A stretch of 64,000 nt of DNA from positions 124,001-188,000 of the forward strand of contig CDRNVI010000006.1 in assembly GCA_977017575.1 (NCBI GenBank), written 5' to 3'. A model generated the notes under the pieces. That model ran no database searches, had not been told where the DNA came from, and saw only the letters and a program-made list of their open reading frames with translations. Positions 30,055 to 42,882 of this stretch are shown here, piece by piece (within the stretch, counting starts at the first letter, position 1; every line of letters starts with the position of its first letter). Origin of the DNA: Paramoeba atlantica. Taxonomy: Eukaryota > Protista > Discosea. The translations under genes were made by a program, and so were the position numbers.

Positions 30055-30720
30055 TAACCATACGTCGCTTGTCTCTAGGCTTGTTATTTCTACCATTCCG
30101 TTGAAAACTGTCCGTGAAATCAACGAGGTTTACGCAACCTGCTGCCCTTGTGCGTCCAACGCTTCTGTTCACTATCCACTCGCCATGTTCACCATCCCAA
30201 AAACATCCACCAAGGTTTTCCAATCGGGCTGAAAGGGGTTTTGGTGAAAGTGAAGCATTATTGCGCCAAAAAGATATTTTTTTATATTTTTCAAATATTG
30301 GTCTAAAATAAATACGTTTTCTTTTAGAGTGTCAGATTATTAAAATTACAAACTTTGACCGGGGCTTCACTTTGACCGGGGTTTTATGTGAAATCCTGTC
30401 GGACAATCTCTGGTAGGGCACGTTTCGGACGACGGTAAAACGAACGTGCTGTGTGCCACTGCGAGAAATTTGGGCGCACAGAAACAAAGTTCGATGGGTA
30501 GTAACCGAGCTGAATAGGATTTTCGGCGCTCAAGAGAACCACCATACGTCGTTTGTCTCTAGACTTATCATTTCTACAATTCCGCTGAAGAGCATACATG
30601 ACATTAACACGCTTCATTTGACCTACCGTCCCCGTGCATTCGGACCTTTTGTTCACCGTCGACGCGCCATGTGCACAAAAACGCACAAAAAAGATTTCCA
30701 ATCGAGCTGAAAAGAGTTTT
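30055..30720. repeat. Diverged ~190-bp direct duplication
   Basis: 30055-30245 versus 30538-30720; both have minus-strand ORFs containing QRN(G/C)RN(N/D)K(P/S)RDKRRMV. Confidence 0.75.
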
Positions 30721-30965
30721 ATATGCTCAAGATAGGAAAGCTTTCGAGAACGCTCTGGCACGACATGTCTCCAACAACGAAGGCCGGACGCAGTGAGTGT
30801 GAATTTTCGGGAATGTAGTTTAGAGGTGACGCAACCACGCCCATCCGCTCGCTTTCTCCGTGGCGCTAGCGCGCCAGTGAACATGAATAATATTAATAAT
30901 AATAGTACCACTTTCGTGGTTAAGAGTTTTTCTAAAAAGATCCAATGAATGTTAACATTGAAGCT

Positions 30966-31545
30966 TTAGGGTTTCACACTTGCAAGATGTCGCTTACACC
31001 ACTCATGACCAGACTTCTTTTTATCTTCGCAGCGATGCTTGCATTCCAAGCTTCTTTGGTCGGACTCTTGTTCTGGTTGCTTTAAACTCACCCCCATCCA
31101 TACCATAATCCCTTCTCCACCATGATAAGGCTCTAACTCACCTGTCTGTTCTTTGGGAGGGTCAGATTTTTGACAAAGGTAGGTGGGTCGGGAAGACGTT
31201 TTGCATGTAAACCTTTTTTCATCACAGAAGATATTATTTTCCAACGCAGAGTCACTCCACTGTAGCATTTCAGTGGCAAATTGTACTCTTCGTTCCTTGT
31301 GGTTCGTAGTTAAGAGGAACCTTTACCGTTCTAAGAATAATTTTTTCTTTTGATTTTTTCAACATGTTCTTTAGGGAATTTAATGAACACGTGGAACCAT
31401 GGCGCTTAACCTCTCTCCAAAGCTCGCTCCAATTAGCGATGCCATAAGGAAGGTCGCGATAAGCCGCGTCAATAATCTTTAAGACCACTTCCTTGAGATC
31501 TGGTATACTGACCCTAGGCAAACGTTTAGGAGACCGACTGATCAC
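30966..31545 (-). pseudogene. Degraded Tc1/IS630-like transposase
   Basis: NIFCDEKRF and IMVWMGVS motifs; frameshifted. Confidence 0.6.
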
Positions 31546-32737
31546 GTCCCCAGTGGCGTTGTAACGCTCGACCCAGAGCTTAACCCAGAGCTTAATTTTG
31601 GGGTCCCCTCGTGGACCCCAAAATATTGGCCTATGCGGGAATATGAGTTAGTTTTCTCATAGTCCGCCACAAAAAGCATCCTGTGGGTTTCCTTCGTCTT
31701 CCCTGGTGAAGAGTAGGACCGGGCGCTCAAAACGCCACGGGAAGTCCTTGGGCGAACACGCTTCTGGGCCAAAAAAAAGGAAAAAAACATCAAAAATTGC
31801 CGTATTTTTGAACAAAAAAAACATGTTTTTTTTCGTCGGATCAAATATCTATAGTTGAGCGGTCCGAGTATGGCAAAGACATACAACTTTGCGAGAGGTC
31901 TCCAATGCGCTATTATTTTTCAAAATTGGACAATTTTTACAAATTTTAGACCCCCCCAGATCAGAGTTGGCATCCCTGTACATGGCATCATACATACATG
32001 TGCCAACATGTTGGCCAACATCAGCCAACGTGTCCCAACCAGGCTCAATGCTGGCCGCGCAACGCAGGGTGATGGACAGGATCCGGTGAGGGTGCTCCCA
32101 CGACCATTGATGCACTCCGTCTAAGTGCCGGTCGTGTTCTGTAGCTACATGTGATCCTGTCTTGGTTAACCCTTGCGGGTGTTAATCCAGAGCGCCACGA
32201 CAAGGCGCAGGATCGAGCTCTGGTATAAGAGAAGTAGGTCTTCCGGGTAAGAAATAGCGTCATTTTCTGTGCCATGGGCACCACCCCCTTTAATACGAAC
32301 AGTCCAAAAATCTGTCCGTATTAAAGGGGGGGTCACAGTAAACTAGTGAATGACAGAATCGAACGGGCAACCTCCAAAAGCATACCAACAAACACGGTAT
32401 GCTGAAAGCATAAATAATCAGTTAAAGCTTCAGTTAAAGTTGGAACCGGTTAGGAGTAAAAGATAAATCCCAAGAGAATATCGGGAGGATAAGAGTTTAT
32501 GACGGAGTACATAAATGGAAAGTTAAAGTAAATGGTAACTCTCTGTTCCTCCCCTTGCTTTTGAATAAAAAGTTCTACGAATCTGTGATGAGCTAATAGT
32601 CTAAAAATAAAGAAAAAGTGTAAAAATTAAGCATAAAATGCTTTTTTGCGCTAAAAACAATATTCTAATTTTTTAGTAATTTAGGTAGTTTTTGTCCGAA
32701 TATCTTAATTAAAATAATTAGTACTTTTACGCAAAAA

Positions 32738-35620
32738 ATGCCATGTCGCGCGTTTCTGGACCGACTTGCGAGACATCATTATAGACTTTTGCGTACTCAA
32801 GTTTCTCGACCACGAGAGAGCTATGAATTTCGGCGCCTGGTTCGGTATTGCAGAATGAACCCAAAACTGCGGCAGTATCGAGTACGCGATGATCTTGCAA
32901 ATATGAATCCAGGGGTTATAGGAATGTCAACTGCGATGCAGGTTGCTTATATGAGAGTATACCGCACTCACGACAAAAGCGATATACGAAGGGCACTTGT
33001 GGATTTGGTTCCCATTCTCATATATAGAGCTGAGGATGACCGACGGCATCTTTTCAACGACCTGAACGCAGAGGAAATGCTGCCGTCTAATCAACCCGGA
33101 ACTTTAAACGAGATAAAGCGAAAAATGTGGACGCGACGAGAATCCTTGGATGATCTCAACAAGAACATGCTAATCGTTGATGAAAAAGCACAGGCCCAGC
33201 TAAGACGCGAGATTAAGATGAAGCTCAAGAAATTTCACAAAAAAATTGCACTTTTTAATGCAATAGAAAATAGAACGGCATTGTACGATAGCATGGACAG
33301 TGTTGCTTTTTTTCTATACAGAGCGCCAGCTATGTACGCCGCAACATATCGCGTATTCCATGAACTTTCAAAACTTATGCCTCTGTTCGTTCCGAAATCC
33401 GTCCTTGACTTTGGTGCTGGTACAGGAACAACATTGCTCGCTATCAAGGAAGTGTATGATCCGGAATCCATGGTTCGCACGAGCCCCACCATGCGTCACT
33501 TAAAGAGAACGTTCTTTCACAATGTCTCTCATCGCAAATATACCTTTGGACTTCTCAATGATGAAACCAGCGAAGTAGCCAATACGAATACTCGACGCAG
33601 ACGATCGCGCTTCATGACTGTTTTGGGAATGCTGCGCCGAGGTGAGATAGATATGAAATTCATTCCATTAGACTTGCAACGCGAACTAATCCGGGTTGGG
33701 GCCAATGCAATAGAGAGAGTAAAAAACAGATTAGGTTTGACTCGCTCTTTAGAAAGAGGGGAAAAGCAATACAACATAAAGGGAATTTGGACACAAGAAT
33801 CGGATGAGAAGGTAGATCAACTTCAATATTTTGTCTCCACGTTGCATGAAGATTCTGCAAAAGCGGACGTTATCGCAGAGGATGATGCGAAGAACAAAAC
33901 CACTAAAACGTCCGATGAGATTGATGAAGAGTCAAAGACTTGGTGGGAAAAGCTTGTGGAAGTCCAGCATAAAATGAATCAGCGTGATTCCAAACTTCGC
34001 CCCATGCAGCACATCATTGCAATTGAACCTAGCCAAGGAATGATGGAAACAGCGATGGTAAACTTAGCGGAAGAATTACCACTTGTGCATTGGAGGAGAT
34101 ACCTTGCAGCCGACGATGCAGATGGGCGTGAAGACCTAGTAGTAGCAGCGTACACGTTCAGCGAAATCCCAACGTCATCAGCACGCAAGTCTGCACTGGA
34201 AAAATTGTGGAAGCGAACAGGTAAAGTTCTTGTGATCATTGACCATGCAAGCATAGCGTGTTTCGCAATAATGATGGAGCTTCGAGAAGCGCTTCGTGAT
34301 ATGGCAGGAATTGGTGTATGGAACGAGCAGCCAACCATTATAGCGCCATGCCCACACGAAAGACGTTGCCCAATGCAACATTGCTGCGTTGGCACGAAGG
34401 ACAAGACAATGCGAGTATGCCATGCGACGGTGGGATTTGATTTGACATTTGTGGAAAAATGGGTCCGACGTACGCGCTGCTCTCGGGCAAAGGAAAAATT
34501 TTGCTACTTAGTTGTTGCTCGGAATGAAGTTGCCCCCACACGTAAAGAAAGAGCCGAAAAAAAGAATGCGCGCACTAAACAAGAGGACGATGCAGCGCAA
34601 AGATCACGTCAAGTGGAGCTGGCTCGTGAGTTGGAAAAAACAAATCATTACGAGAAGAATTTGGAAGCCGCATCCTCCGAAGGAGGTGCTGACGATAATA
34701 TCAAGGACGACGAACATCCTAACTCGCCAACGAAACTGCTAGTTCCCTGCCACAAGTACAACAGGCTGAGCAATACTTCTCACGTACAAAACGCAACAAG
34801 AATAATAGGAAAGAATGAACTTTACGTAGTACGCAGTGAGATTGATGAGTACTCTACCCATTTTCTCAAGGAACTTCACGGATATTCTCGAATTGTGAAA
34901 GAGCCTGTTCATCGTGGTCATATGTGGGCGACCTTTTGTACTAAAGAAGGAGAGCTCGTCCGGGGAAAAGTGTATCGCCGTTGTTACGCTCGAGATAGTA
35001 AATTATATCCACGTTCACACTTACCACCAACAAAAAAATGGCAAATCATGGGGGGTTGGAAGCTTTTGAAATCATCTGTATGTGGAGGGTTATTTCCGCC
35101 AGAACTTCCCCTCTTTTCTAAAAGAGTGTACGAGCAAATGGAAACACCGAACACATTTATCGACGATGCGAATAATACTCACTTGGAAAAGACATCTATG
35201 GTTTTAGGAACGCCACGAGAACACCGTTTCACCTCTGAGACCCCCACAAAGGACGGAGTTTCATTTGAAGACGAGGTATCTGGGAATGTATCTCCAAAAT
35301 TTCGCGCGCATGAGATAAAGGACGAATTGTTGCATAGCTTCAGCGCTGGGCATGATGTCTCTGTTGTCAAATCAAAAGGTGGGCTCTCAAACATCCATAA
35401 GAACTCTCATACTTATAAGTGTGCTCAGGTACAAGGGCAAGCAAAACCGGACTCGATGCAATCTCCTGAAGTGAGAGGCCGAAAAGTTAGTACAGAGGAA
35501 TGGTCACGTGTCGTGCGCGGGACAAGCAGAGCTCTGGCAAAAAAGATGAAGTTACGCAAAATTATTCCCATGAGAGACCGGAATTTAAGAGATAAACAGA
35601 AGCCGAAATACGTGCCATAA
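32738..35620 (+). CDS. RSM22: Mitochondrial small-subunit assembly methyltransferase (RSM22/METTL17 family)
   Basis: VLDFGAGTGT, DLVVAAYTFSEI, IIAPCPHERRCPM, EKFCYLV, RIVKEPVHRGH; 960 aa, similar in size to long trypanosomatid orthologues. Confidence 0.85.
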   Translation: MPCRAFLDRLARHHYRLLRTQVSRPRESYEFRRLVRYCRMNPKLRQYRVRDDLANMNPGVIGMSTAMQVAYMRVYRTHDKSDIRRALVDLVPILIYRAEDDRRHLFNDLNAEEMLPSNQPGTLNEIKRKMWTRRESLDDLNKNMLIVDEKAQAQLRREIKMKLKKFHKKIALFNAIENRTALYDSMDSVAFFLYRAPAMYAATYRVFHELSKLMPLFVPKSVLDFGAGTGTTLLAIKEVYDPESMVRTSPTMRHLKRTFFHNVSHRKYTFGLLNDETSEVANTNTRRRRSRFMTVLGMLRRGEIDMKFIPLDLQRELIRVGANAIERVKNRLGLTRSLERGEKQYNIKGIWTQESDEKVDQLQYFVSTLHEDSAKADVIAEDDAKNKTTKTSDEIDEESKTWWEKLVEVQHKMNQRDSKLRPMQHIIAIEPSQGMMETAMVNLAEELPLVHWRRYLAADDADGREDLVVAAYTFSEIPTSSARKSALEKLWKRTGKVLVIIDHASIACFAIMMELREALRDMAGIGVWNEQPTIIAPCPHERRCPMQHCCVGTKDKTMRVCHATVGFDLTFVEKWVRRTRCSRAKEKFCYLVVARNEVAPTRKERAEKKNARTKQEDDAAQRSRQVELARELEKTNHYEKNLEAASSEGGADDNIKDDEHPNSPTKLLVPCHKYNRLSNTSHVQNATRIIGKNELYVVRSEIDEYSTHFLKELHGYSRIVKEPVHRGHMWATFCTKEGELVRGKVYRRCYARDSKLYPRSHLPPTKKWQIMGGWKLLKSSVCGGLFPPELPLFSKRVYEQMETPNTFIDDANNTHLEKTSMVLGTPREHRFTSETPTKDGVSFEDEVSGNVSPKFRAHEIKDELLHSFSAGHDVSVVKSKGGLSNIHKNSHTYKCAQVQGQAKPDSMQSPEVRGRKVSTEEWSRVVRGTSRALAKKMKLRKIIPMRDRNLRDKQKPKYVP

Positions 35621-36801
35621 GTGTACAGTAAGTAGTTTGATTTTTTTTGGATTTCTCTTCTCCCTTCAGTTTATCCAGCTATGAGTCATGTGTTTCGGGC
35701 AAAAGCGATTTACAAGAGACCAATTCATATCTGTAAAGTGATTTATTGAATTTTCGTACATACAATACAGTATGTATAATGTATGCCCCCTATCCTAGCG
35801 TTGCCCCGGTACCCTCCCTATTAGCGTTGCTTTCGAAGAGAATGCATCCTGCCTCGAAGCGGCATTTTTTTTAATTTAATTTTCTTTCATTCATTTTTTG
35901 TGGCATCATATTCATGCAAAAATATGAAATTATCATCTTCGAAACCCAGGCTAAAGCGGACGAGGGAGATACCAATAGTACAGGTGGGGAAGTTTCACAA
36001 AAAAAATGGCATCTTCACCTCGTTATGCGTGTCTATCTTCCCATGCCATAAGGGAGATACAGTTTACAAAAATCTCACATGTTTTCCTATTTCGAATGTC
36101 CTCCAAGGGTTTCTGCATTGACGGAGGATTTGCTGCATTTTGATCTCCAGGTATCCACCTGAGAGAGCGAAAAACCATATAGCGTCTTCAGATTCCAAAT
36201 TCGGTTAATTATATTACGCGCTTCCAAAGAACCGCTGTATCCGTTGATTGCTGAGGTTTTCACCGGCAAACAATCCCTTACAACAACAAACTTTGCCACC
36301 TTATCCATGGGGTAAGAGCGTATGTTCCCCCCCTGGACCCCCCCCCAGGAACCCCCTGGACCCCCCATTTTTTATATTTTGAAGCACCAGAAAGCGATTT
36401 CCACGAGGCATTTGTAGTTGCTCCCTCCGGACGCATAGTATTCTCCACCAGAGAACTTTCGACAGCAAATTCGCTGAACTCTTTTTCTTGTTGTTCAAGT
36501 TTCGATAAAGTTACCGTGCCTGCTTTTCTTTTTAATTCATCGATAACAGGCTTTCGACGAGGTTCGTAGTCCCACATCGCACGCCTGATTCCTGTCGCAC
36601 CCCACAAGCAGACAATTGCAGATTGCCCCAAGCAATCTATAGCTTTCGCTAAAAAAGTATATTCTCTCTCTCTCGCAAGTTTCTGTGAGCTGGTGAAGAC
36701 CATGAATATTGCGCTATCGCTGTCGTGTGAGGAGAATATTTCTTCCAGATACAGGAGGGAAAAAACGTTATCGCAACAAAAGTCGAGGCAACAAAAGTTG
36801 T

Positions 36802-38918
36802 GTCAACAAAAGTCGTGTTAATGCGAAAAAGGTTGTGAGGAACAAAAGTACGTTACGAAAGTATGTTAAAAAATAGATTTTGTTCTTTTTTTTAAAAAAT
36901 GGATGCATATTTGTTCACCCCGCTTGAAGCGAAGGTCTTGCGCGACCTAAATGTCATAGAGACCCCAAAGCAGGAACCTTCTTCCCTAGAGGAAAAGGTC
37001 ATGATCACACAAATGGCGAAAAGCTTGGGTCCGAGCAAAGCTTCTCGCGAATGGGAGAGGGTTCATGGTACGTTTCACTCAGTTTCCTTTTTATCAAAAT
37101 ACTTATCTCACTAGATAGCAATGGTTTGGTGATGCTTCCGATTGAAGTCCCACGTCAGAACATAAAGAAAGCGACGAAAAAAAGTAAGAAAATATCTCAC
37201 CCAGAAATTGAAAACCTGAAAAAAAATTCTAGAAATGCAACACTCTTAAAACGGTCACCTTTGATAGTCCGAGCGGCTAAAGAGCGCGAGTTCCGCTACA
37301 AAATGTCACTCGATTGATTGGTAATTGTCTTTTGTAAATTATAATATATTTTTCGGAATCTTTTGTAAATGGGTCCGTGCTCTAATAAATATTTTACTGC
37401 GTTTGAAGTTTACAATTTTCTTTGTGAAATGAGTGACTAAATGAAACTTTTCTTCAATGGGCGTGTTTTTTTAAGGAACAGTAAGAATTGGCAAAGCTTG
37501 GGAAAAAAGTGAACATGGTAGATGGTAAATCAAGATGGTAGATGGTTTATAAGGCTTTTTATCCCGTAAAGGGGTGTTGCCTCCCCGGAGTAAGCCGAGG
37601 TAGCTTGGGGGAAGGTCGCCACTCAAAGGTGGGTTTTAACCCACCTTGGCCGCTGAACAATCCTAACCCTTTCGGGCTAGGACTTCACATTGTAATCATA
37701 CGATTACGTACGAGTGTTCCGCAGGTCCTAGTGTCGCCTCCCCCGGGCACGTGGAGAGCTATGCCCTCGCTATTCGGCGAATCGGGTGCTATCCCTGATT
37801 CATTCCGAACGCCCCACGTCTCCCGAAGGAGAAATTAGCTCGAAAACGGCTTGCTGGCATAGTTCGGGAGTCTCGAGTCTCAGCTTCAACGATTTAGACT
37901 CCTCAGCTTCAACGGACCAAGTCATCCAGGGTGTTATACCCTTGAGCGGACTGGCTCCTCAGCTTCAAAGGGCTAAACCTCGGCTTCAACGAGCTCGTAT
38001 CTCTCCGAATTAACACTGTAGCCCCGTTATCATGGGCTAGTTGCAAGCCGCACAAAGGAAGAAGAAAAAACGACTCCAAAGTTTGGCGTGAATGGCGCAC
38101 ACCCTAGTTTTTTTGTACCTTTTTATATTCGGTACCGGGCGGCGCCATTCTTCGGCGAAGGGGGTGTAGGGGGACAGCGAGTGGGGCGGCGAAGGGGGAC
38201 GGCGAAAGGGGCGGCGAAGGGGGACGAAGAGGACGCCGGATGCAAAGGCGGTGCAGGGCGCAGGGGGGCGCGGACAGGATGGCCAGGCAGGGGGCGAAGG
38301 GATGAGGAAGATTGCGCAGGAGGGGAGCCAGGAGGGCGGCGCTGGTGGTGAGCGAGGCGGCGTAGGATGCGCAGATCAGTGAGCGGGGAGGGGGGGCGAA
38401 AGGGGGGGGGCGACGAAGTTAGAGCAGGAGGGGGGGGAGAGGCAGCGGCGGGGAGCGTGGGGAGAAGCGCGGCATTGAGGGGCGGCGAAGAGGGCAGCAA
38501 AGAAGGACAAACGTGTAGCGGAAGCGAATGAAGGGGGCGGCGAAGAGGGGATAAATCGGGGGGGACGATACGGGCCGGCGAAGGGGGCGAGGAGGGGGGG
38601 ATGAAGGGGTGACGAAAGGGGGTGAGGGGGACGGCGAAGGGGGCGGCGCTGTGGGATGAAGGGCGCTGGGGTGCTAAACAAGGTGGTGATGGGGGGGGAA
38701 TGGGGCGAAGAGGGCAGCGGACACACCAGGCGGTATTCTTCCTTTGCTGGATGGGGTGAAGGGGCCATGGGGGACTGAGAAGTTAAATATATTATTGAAT
38801 TCAACAAGGTACGCTGGGTGAGTTAGATCGGGAAGCTGGGATCGCTAAGTCCCATCATCCGGCCTAAGTGTCAAAATTAATCGTGTTAATCCCAGAAATT
38901 AACACGACTTTTGCTGAC
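36802..38918. mobile_element. Putative TIR-element relic bracketing copy B
   Basis: 21-bp inverted repeat (36802-36822 / 38898-38918, one mismatch); HTH-like fragment MAKSLGPSKASREW in 36899-37317. Confidence 0.4.
37500..38812 (-). mobile_element. C-rich/structured-tail retroposon family, copy B, SL-headed
   Basis: GTACCTTGTTG|AATT at 38802-38812, ATG 33 nt later, Pro-rich frames, conserved 3' region, ATAAAAA then ACCATCT repeats. Confidence 0.8.
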
Positions 38919-40587
38919 ATAACTTAATTTCCCCCCTGTAATCGTTCCACATTGTCTGGGTCTTTGCCCCAAAAAAAACGCGATTTTTTTCCACGGTGGT
39001 AGCGCAGACAAAATTTCAGTATTTTCCAAGCGAGATTAAGCATCATATTTTTGCTACTTACACGACTCCTCTCTATCATTTTTCTTTGCACAGGCTGCAA
39101 AATGTATTACCGTACCACTTTTTGTAGTTGGGAACCTTGGATAACGTGATGATAGAAGCCTGTACCGTACGATGTGAATTAAGTTCCTGTAATCCGCTAC
39201 AGTAAATACTACTGCACAGTAAATATTTTAATATTTAATATGTACACGTTCTTAACATTTTTAATGCTGGCACACACGAACAACCCCGCCCCCCTCCCGG
39301 GCCATCATCTCTGCTAAATGTAGCACCCCCTTTAACATGGAAACAAAAAATATTTCGAAGAACTTGCCCAATACGCTGTGCGATGTAAACGTTTGGCCAG
39401 ATATCGCTTTCGTGATCAAGCTTCCCCCCTCCTAATACAGGGGTGTACAGTATGCGCCTCACCTCCACGTAAGTTCGAAAAACTTCCCAAATCTTTGCTC
39501 TTACGGATGCGCTCGTAGTCGTCGCAATCCAATGCCCTCTTCACGAAGGAAATTGATCCTCCATGCGAATCTTTGATTCTTTCATGGATGGCGGCGAAGA
39601 AGTAAAAATTGGAAAAGTGTTAAAAAATAGAAGGAAAAAAAATTGTGCAATATTGAGTTAATTCCACCGAAAAACGCACAGGAAATAAAAGCGCAATTTT
39701 TTTCGGGAGGGGGACAGGTTCTCCCCCCTCTTATGCCCCCCCTTAATATGCACAAACCCCAAAAACGTGTGCACATTAAAAGGGGGGGTCACAGTAAGTC
39801 AACGGTACACGAAACTTCTCTTCATACCCTGATAGCTTCTTCATGATTCTAGACTGTAGATCGGACCGAATCGTCACACGCCTTCGATTCAAATCTCCCA
39901 CAAAGCTATTCCAAATGTTTTTTAGGAAAATGGGAACTTACATTGTACCCAAAAAAAAAATCATTTTTTTTCATTTTTTTTGTATTTTGTCGCGCTTTTT
40001 TTCTACGGTAATATTTTTTTTGGCTCTGTATATCTATCCTACGTATTTTTGTCCCGTATGTGCTCGTGTACCGAATAAACGAAAAAGAGTAAAAAGGTGG
40101 TATAAAGAGTAAAACTTATAAAAGTAGGGTACAATATAAGTAGTCTGTAGCCGTAATTTTGTTATAGTCAGAGTAAATTTCTTTGAAGTCGGATCAGGTA
40201 TCGTATTTCTTTGTCTGCTATATTTATTTGGTAATGCAATAAGATATTACAGTAATTTGAGTTATTAGTTTTCATGTCCTCCACGAGACAACAACGGAAT
40301 AGAAAGGTGAATCTGGATACTGACGGCGAAGTACGGCGAAGGAGTCAAGCTGCTGTATCTTTGGGGAAGAAGTCTCCTAGCGCAGAAGTCGATTATTCCT
40401 ACAGTGAGATTACGGGACAGACAATTGCTCAGGACTTCGATTTACTTAACAAATCGAGACCATTCGGTGTGCGTACTGGATATCAATTTCTTGAAGAAAT
40501 ATGGTATACTTACTCTTCCTCTGAAGTTCTTGAAATGTAGCCATCAGAGTGTCTGCAACTAAGATACTAAATTGGAATTGTAAACTA

Positions 40588-42234
40588 AACCCCCCCGACG
40601 GTTATTGTTCACATTTTTTATTGTTCACAAAGACACTTATTGTTCACATTCTTTATTGTTCACAATTTTTTGAAATGACCTTGGGGGATCACCGTCTTGA
40701 TTTGCAGAATCTTTTTGAATTGTAGAAGGAATTTCATCGGGAAACTTCAAGGGAAATACCATATTGTGTTGTTCCGAGCGACGGTGAAGCAAGCTCTGTT
40801 TCAGCGGACGCGTTGTCAGATGATGATTCTTCCAATATTAGCACAAGTGATGCGACACTCAACGAAGCAAGATCTGAGGAAAATTCTTCTGAAACAGAAG
40901 CAAGCGAATCTTCTCGAACAGATGACTCCAATGAAACTGAGACAGAAGATAGTTCTGCAGGATCCTCGGAACCAGAAGCTGCTCTTAATATGTCCCCCAT
41001 TCCAACTCCTACACAAAAGCAAGTGCGGGGAAGTCGAATATTGTTAAGAGGCACCGATACACGAAGCTTTGTTAGACGGGACGTTCCAAACAAGGTCAAA
41101 GGTAAAATCCTACGAAAGTGGAACGACCTGGATCAGGAGGACAGAAAATCCATAGCCAGGCTACAAGCATGGGTTCGAATTAAGTGGAAGGGTCTATATT
41201 CTGTTCATCGAAAGGAGCAAATTGCACGTTGGGAAAGTTCTCTGTCAGAAGTGCGCACTCAGAAGGGCTTGCGAAAAATACCTCCGCTGGAAAAATGTCG
41301 TACTGCGCCTTTGAAAATTCATTTAAGTCCTTTGTAGAGGCGAAGCGCGCTTCTGGAAAGTTTGTAAGCCCCGCTATGGTTCATGAGGAAGCAATAAGAG
41401 CCCTGCAAGATCCTGATATGCGTTTTCTTTGCGGGAACAAAACCACTGTGTCGTACTCCTACATCTTGAAGTTTCTAAAAAGGTTCCATTTACGACTCAA
41501 GTACGTCAAGCGACAGTCTTCTTTAACTCCTGAAACGGTTGCTCGTAAAGCGCAACAAATACATTGTCACCTTTACCGGTGTCTAAAAACCAGACTTTGT
41601 TCCTTTGTCCTCAATTTCGATGAAATTCCAATTACGCTCTCTGGTAAAATGGGAAGCGTTCGTACGATAACAGAGGCGGGGGATCACGATGTTCGTGTGA
41701 ACCTCGACCCAAATGACTTCAAGATAACTGGTACTCTTTTGACTGGTGCGGGTGTGATCTTGGAAACTTTTACTGTATTTCGTCTTCATATTATTATAGT
41801 TTTGAAAGGTTCCCCAAAACGTTCATCTGTAAGAAACGAAGCCTACGATTCCCGAACAAAAAGAGCTTGGACCCCCAAGGGTGTTGTAACATCAGTTTTT
41901 TATCAGCGAACATTCTTGCCCGATCTGAAGCGTGTCCTTGAGCACAATAAAATGAGTAATGGAGTTGCAATTTTTGACTCGTGTAAAGTTCACATGACGG
42001 AAAACAGCTTAGACGCTATGCGTGACATCGGTTGCTTCCCCTGCATAATTCCTTCTAGCTGCACATCTTGGCTTCAGTGGATTGACACGGATTTTGCCTC
42101 GTGCTACAAAGGAAAACATTTCCAGTTTAAAAAATGTGAACAATACGTGGAAATTACGCGACTTATTCACAATGACGGTTATTGTTCACAAAACTCGCAA
42201 TAAAAATTGTGAACAATAACCGTGGGGGGGGGTT
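40588..42234 (+). mobile_element. pogo-like DNA transposon (DD35D), frameshifted transposase 40813-42203
   Basis: TIRs AACCCCCCC.ACGGTTATTGTTCACA; subterminal TTATTGTTCACA repeats; NFDEIPI, IFDSCKVH, IPSSCTSWLQWID. TSD unclear. Confidence 0.88.
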
Positions 42235-42882
42235 AAATGTTTTTGGTTGGATTTACTTTATCCCGTTTGGCTAATAAAAAAGTTTGAATTTATACCCCAG
42301 TATACCATAAGTTATTTACCATAAATTATTTATGTATATCCTAGTAATACTTAGTACTGTACCCCCCCTAGTTATCTGTCACCCCCCCCCCTAGTTGTCT
42401 GTCGCTTTTCGGCCCTTCGAATATTTTTTTTCGTCGACCACCTCCCCTAGTTATCTGTCGCTTTTCTAAACAAAATGAAAAATTTATAAAATTAGGAGCG
42501 AAACTTCAATTGTTTTTCTGCTCTGCCTTTAGGCTAATGGTTTTGCGTGGAGTTCTACGGTCAAAATTGGAAAATAGGAGTCGGAGCTCGTTATCCCCTC
42601 CATATAATATATATGAGGGGCTGCGGGTGTGCATCACCGAACCCGCACTGAACCCGCGCTTTGCATTTGAGGTCGGAAAAAAATGGATTGTACACGTACA
42701 AAGTAGCTTAAAGTGTAGTTTTTTTAGTTTGTTACCGTACATAGCCGCCCTACTGTGAAAATACGGTGTACGCTGTATACGGTGCTGTATCCGAACGGTG
42801 TATGCATTACACAAATCAAATGTACAATTAATATACCCTCCACAATACATGCATAATTCTTTTACATTATCCTCCTTTTTAT

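Noticed and set aside
30440-30520. SH3 domain (GYYPSNFV)
   Set aside because: Isolated short motif without the upstream ALYDY/WW elements.
32284-32346. Helitron 3' end (hairpin then CTAG)
   Set aside because: The sister end at 39796 lacks CTAG and similarity stops at CACAGTAA; kept only as an unresolved hairpin terminus.
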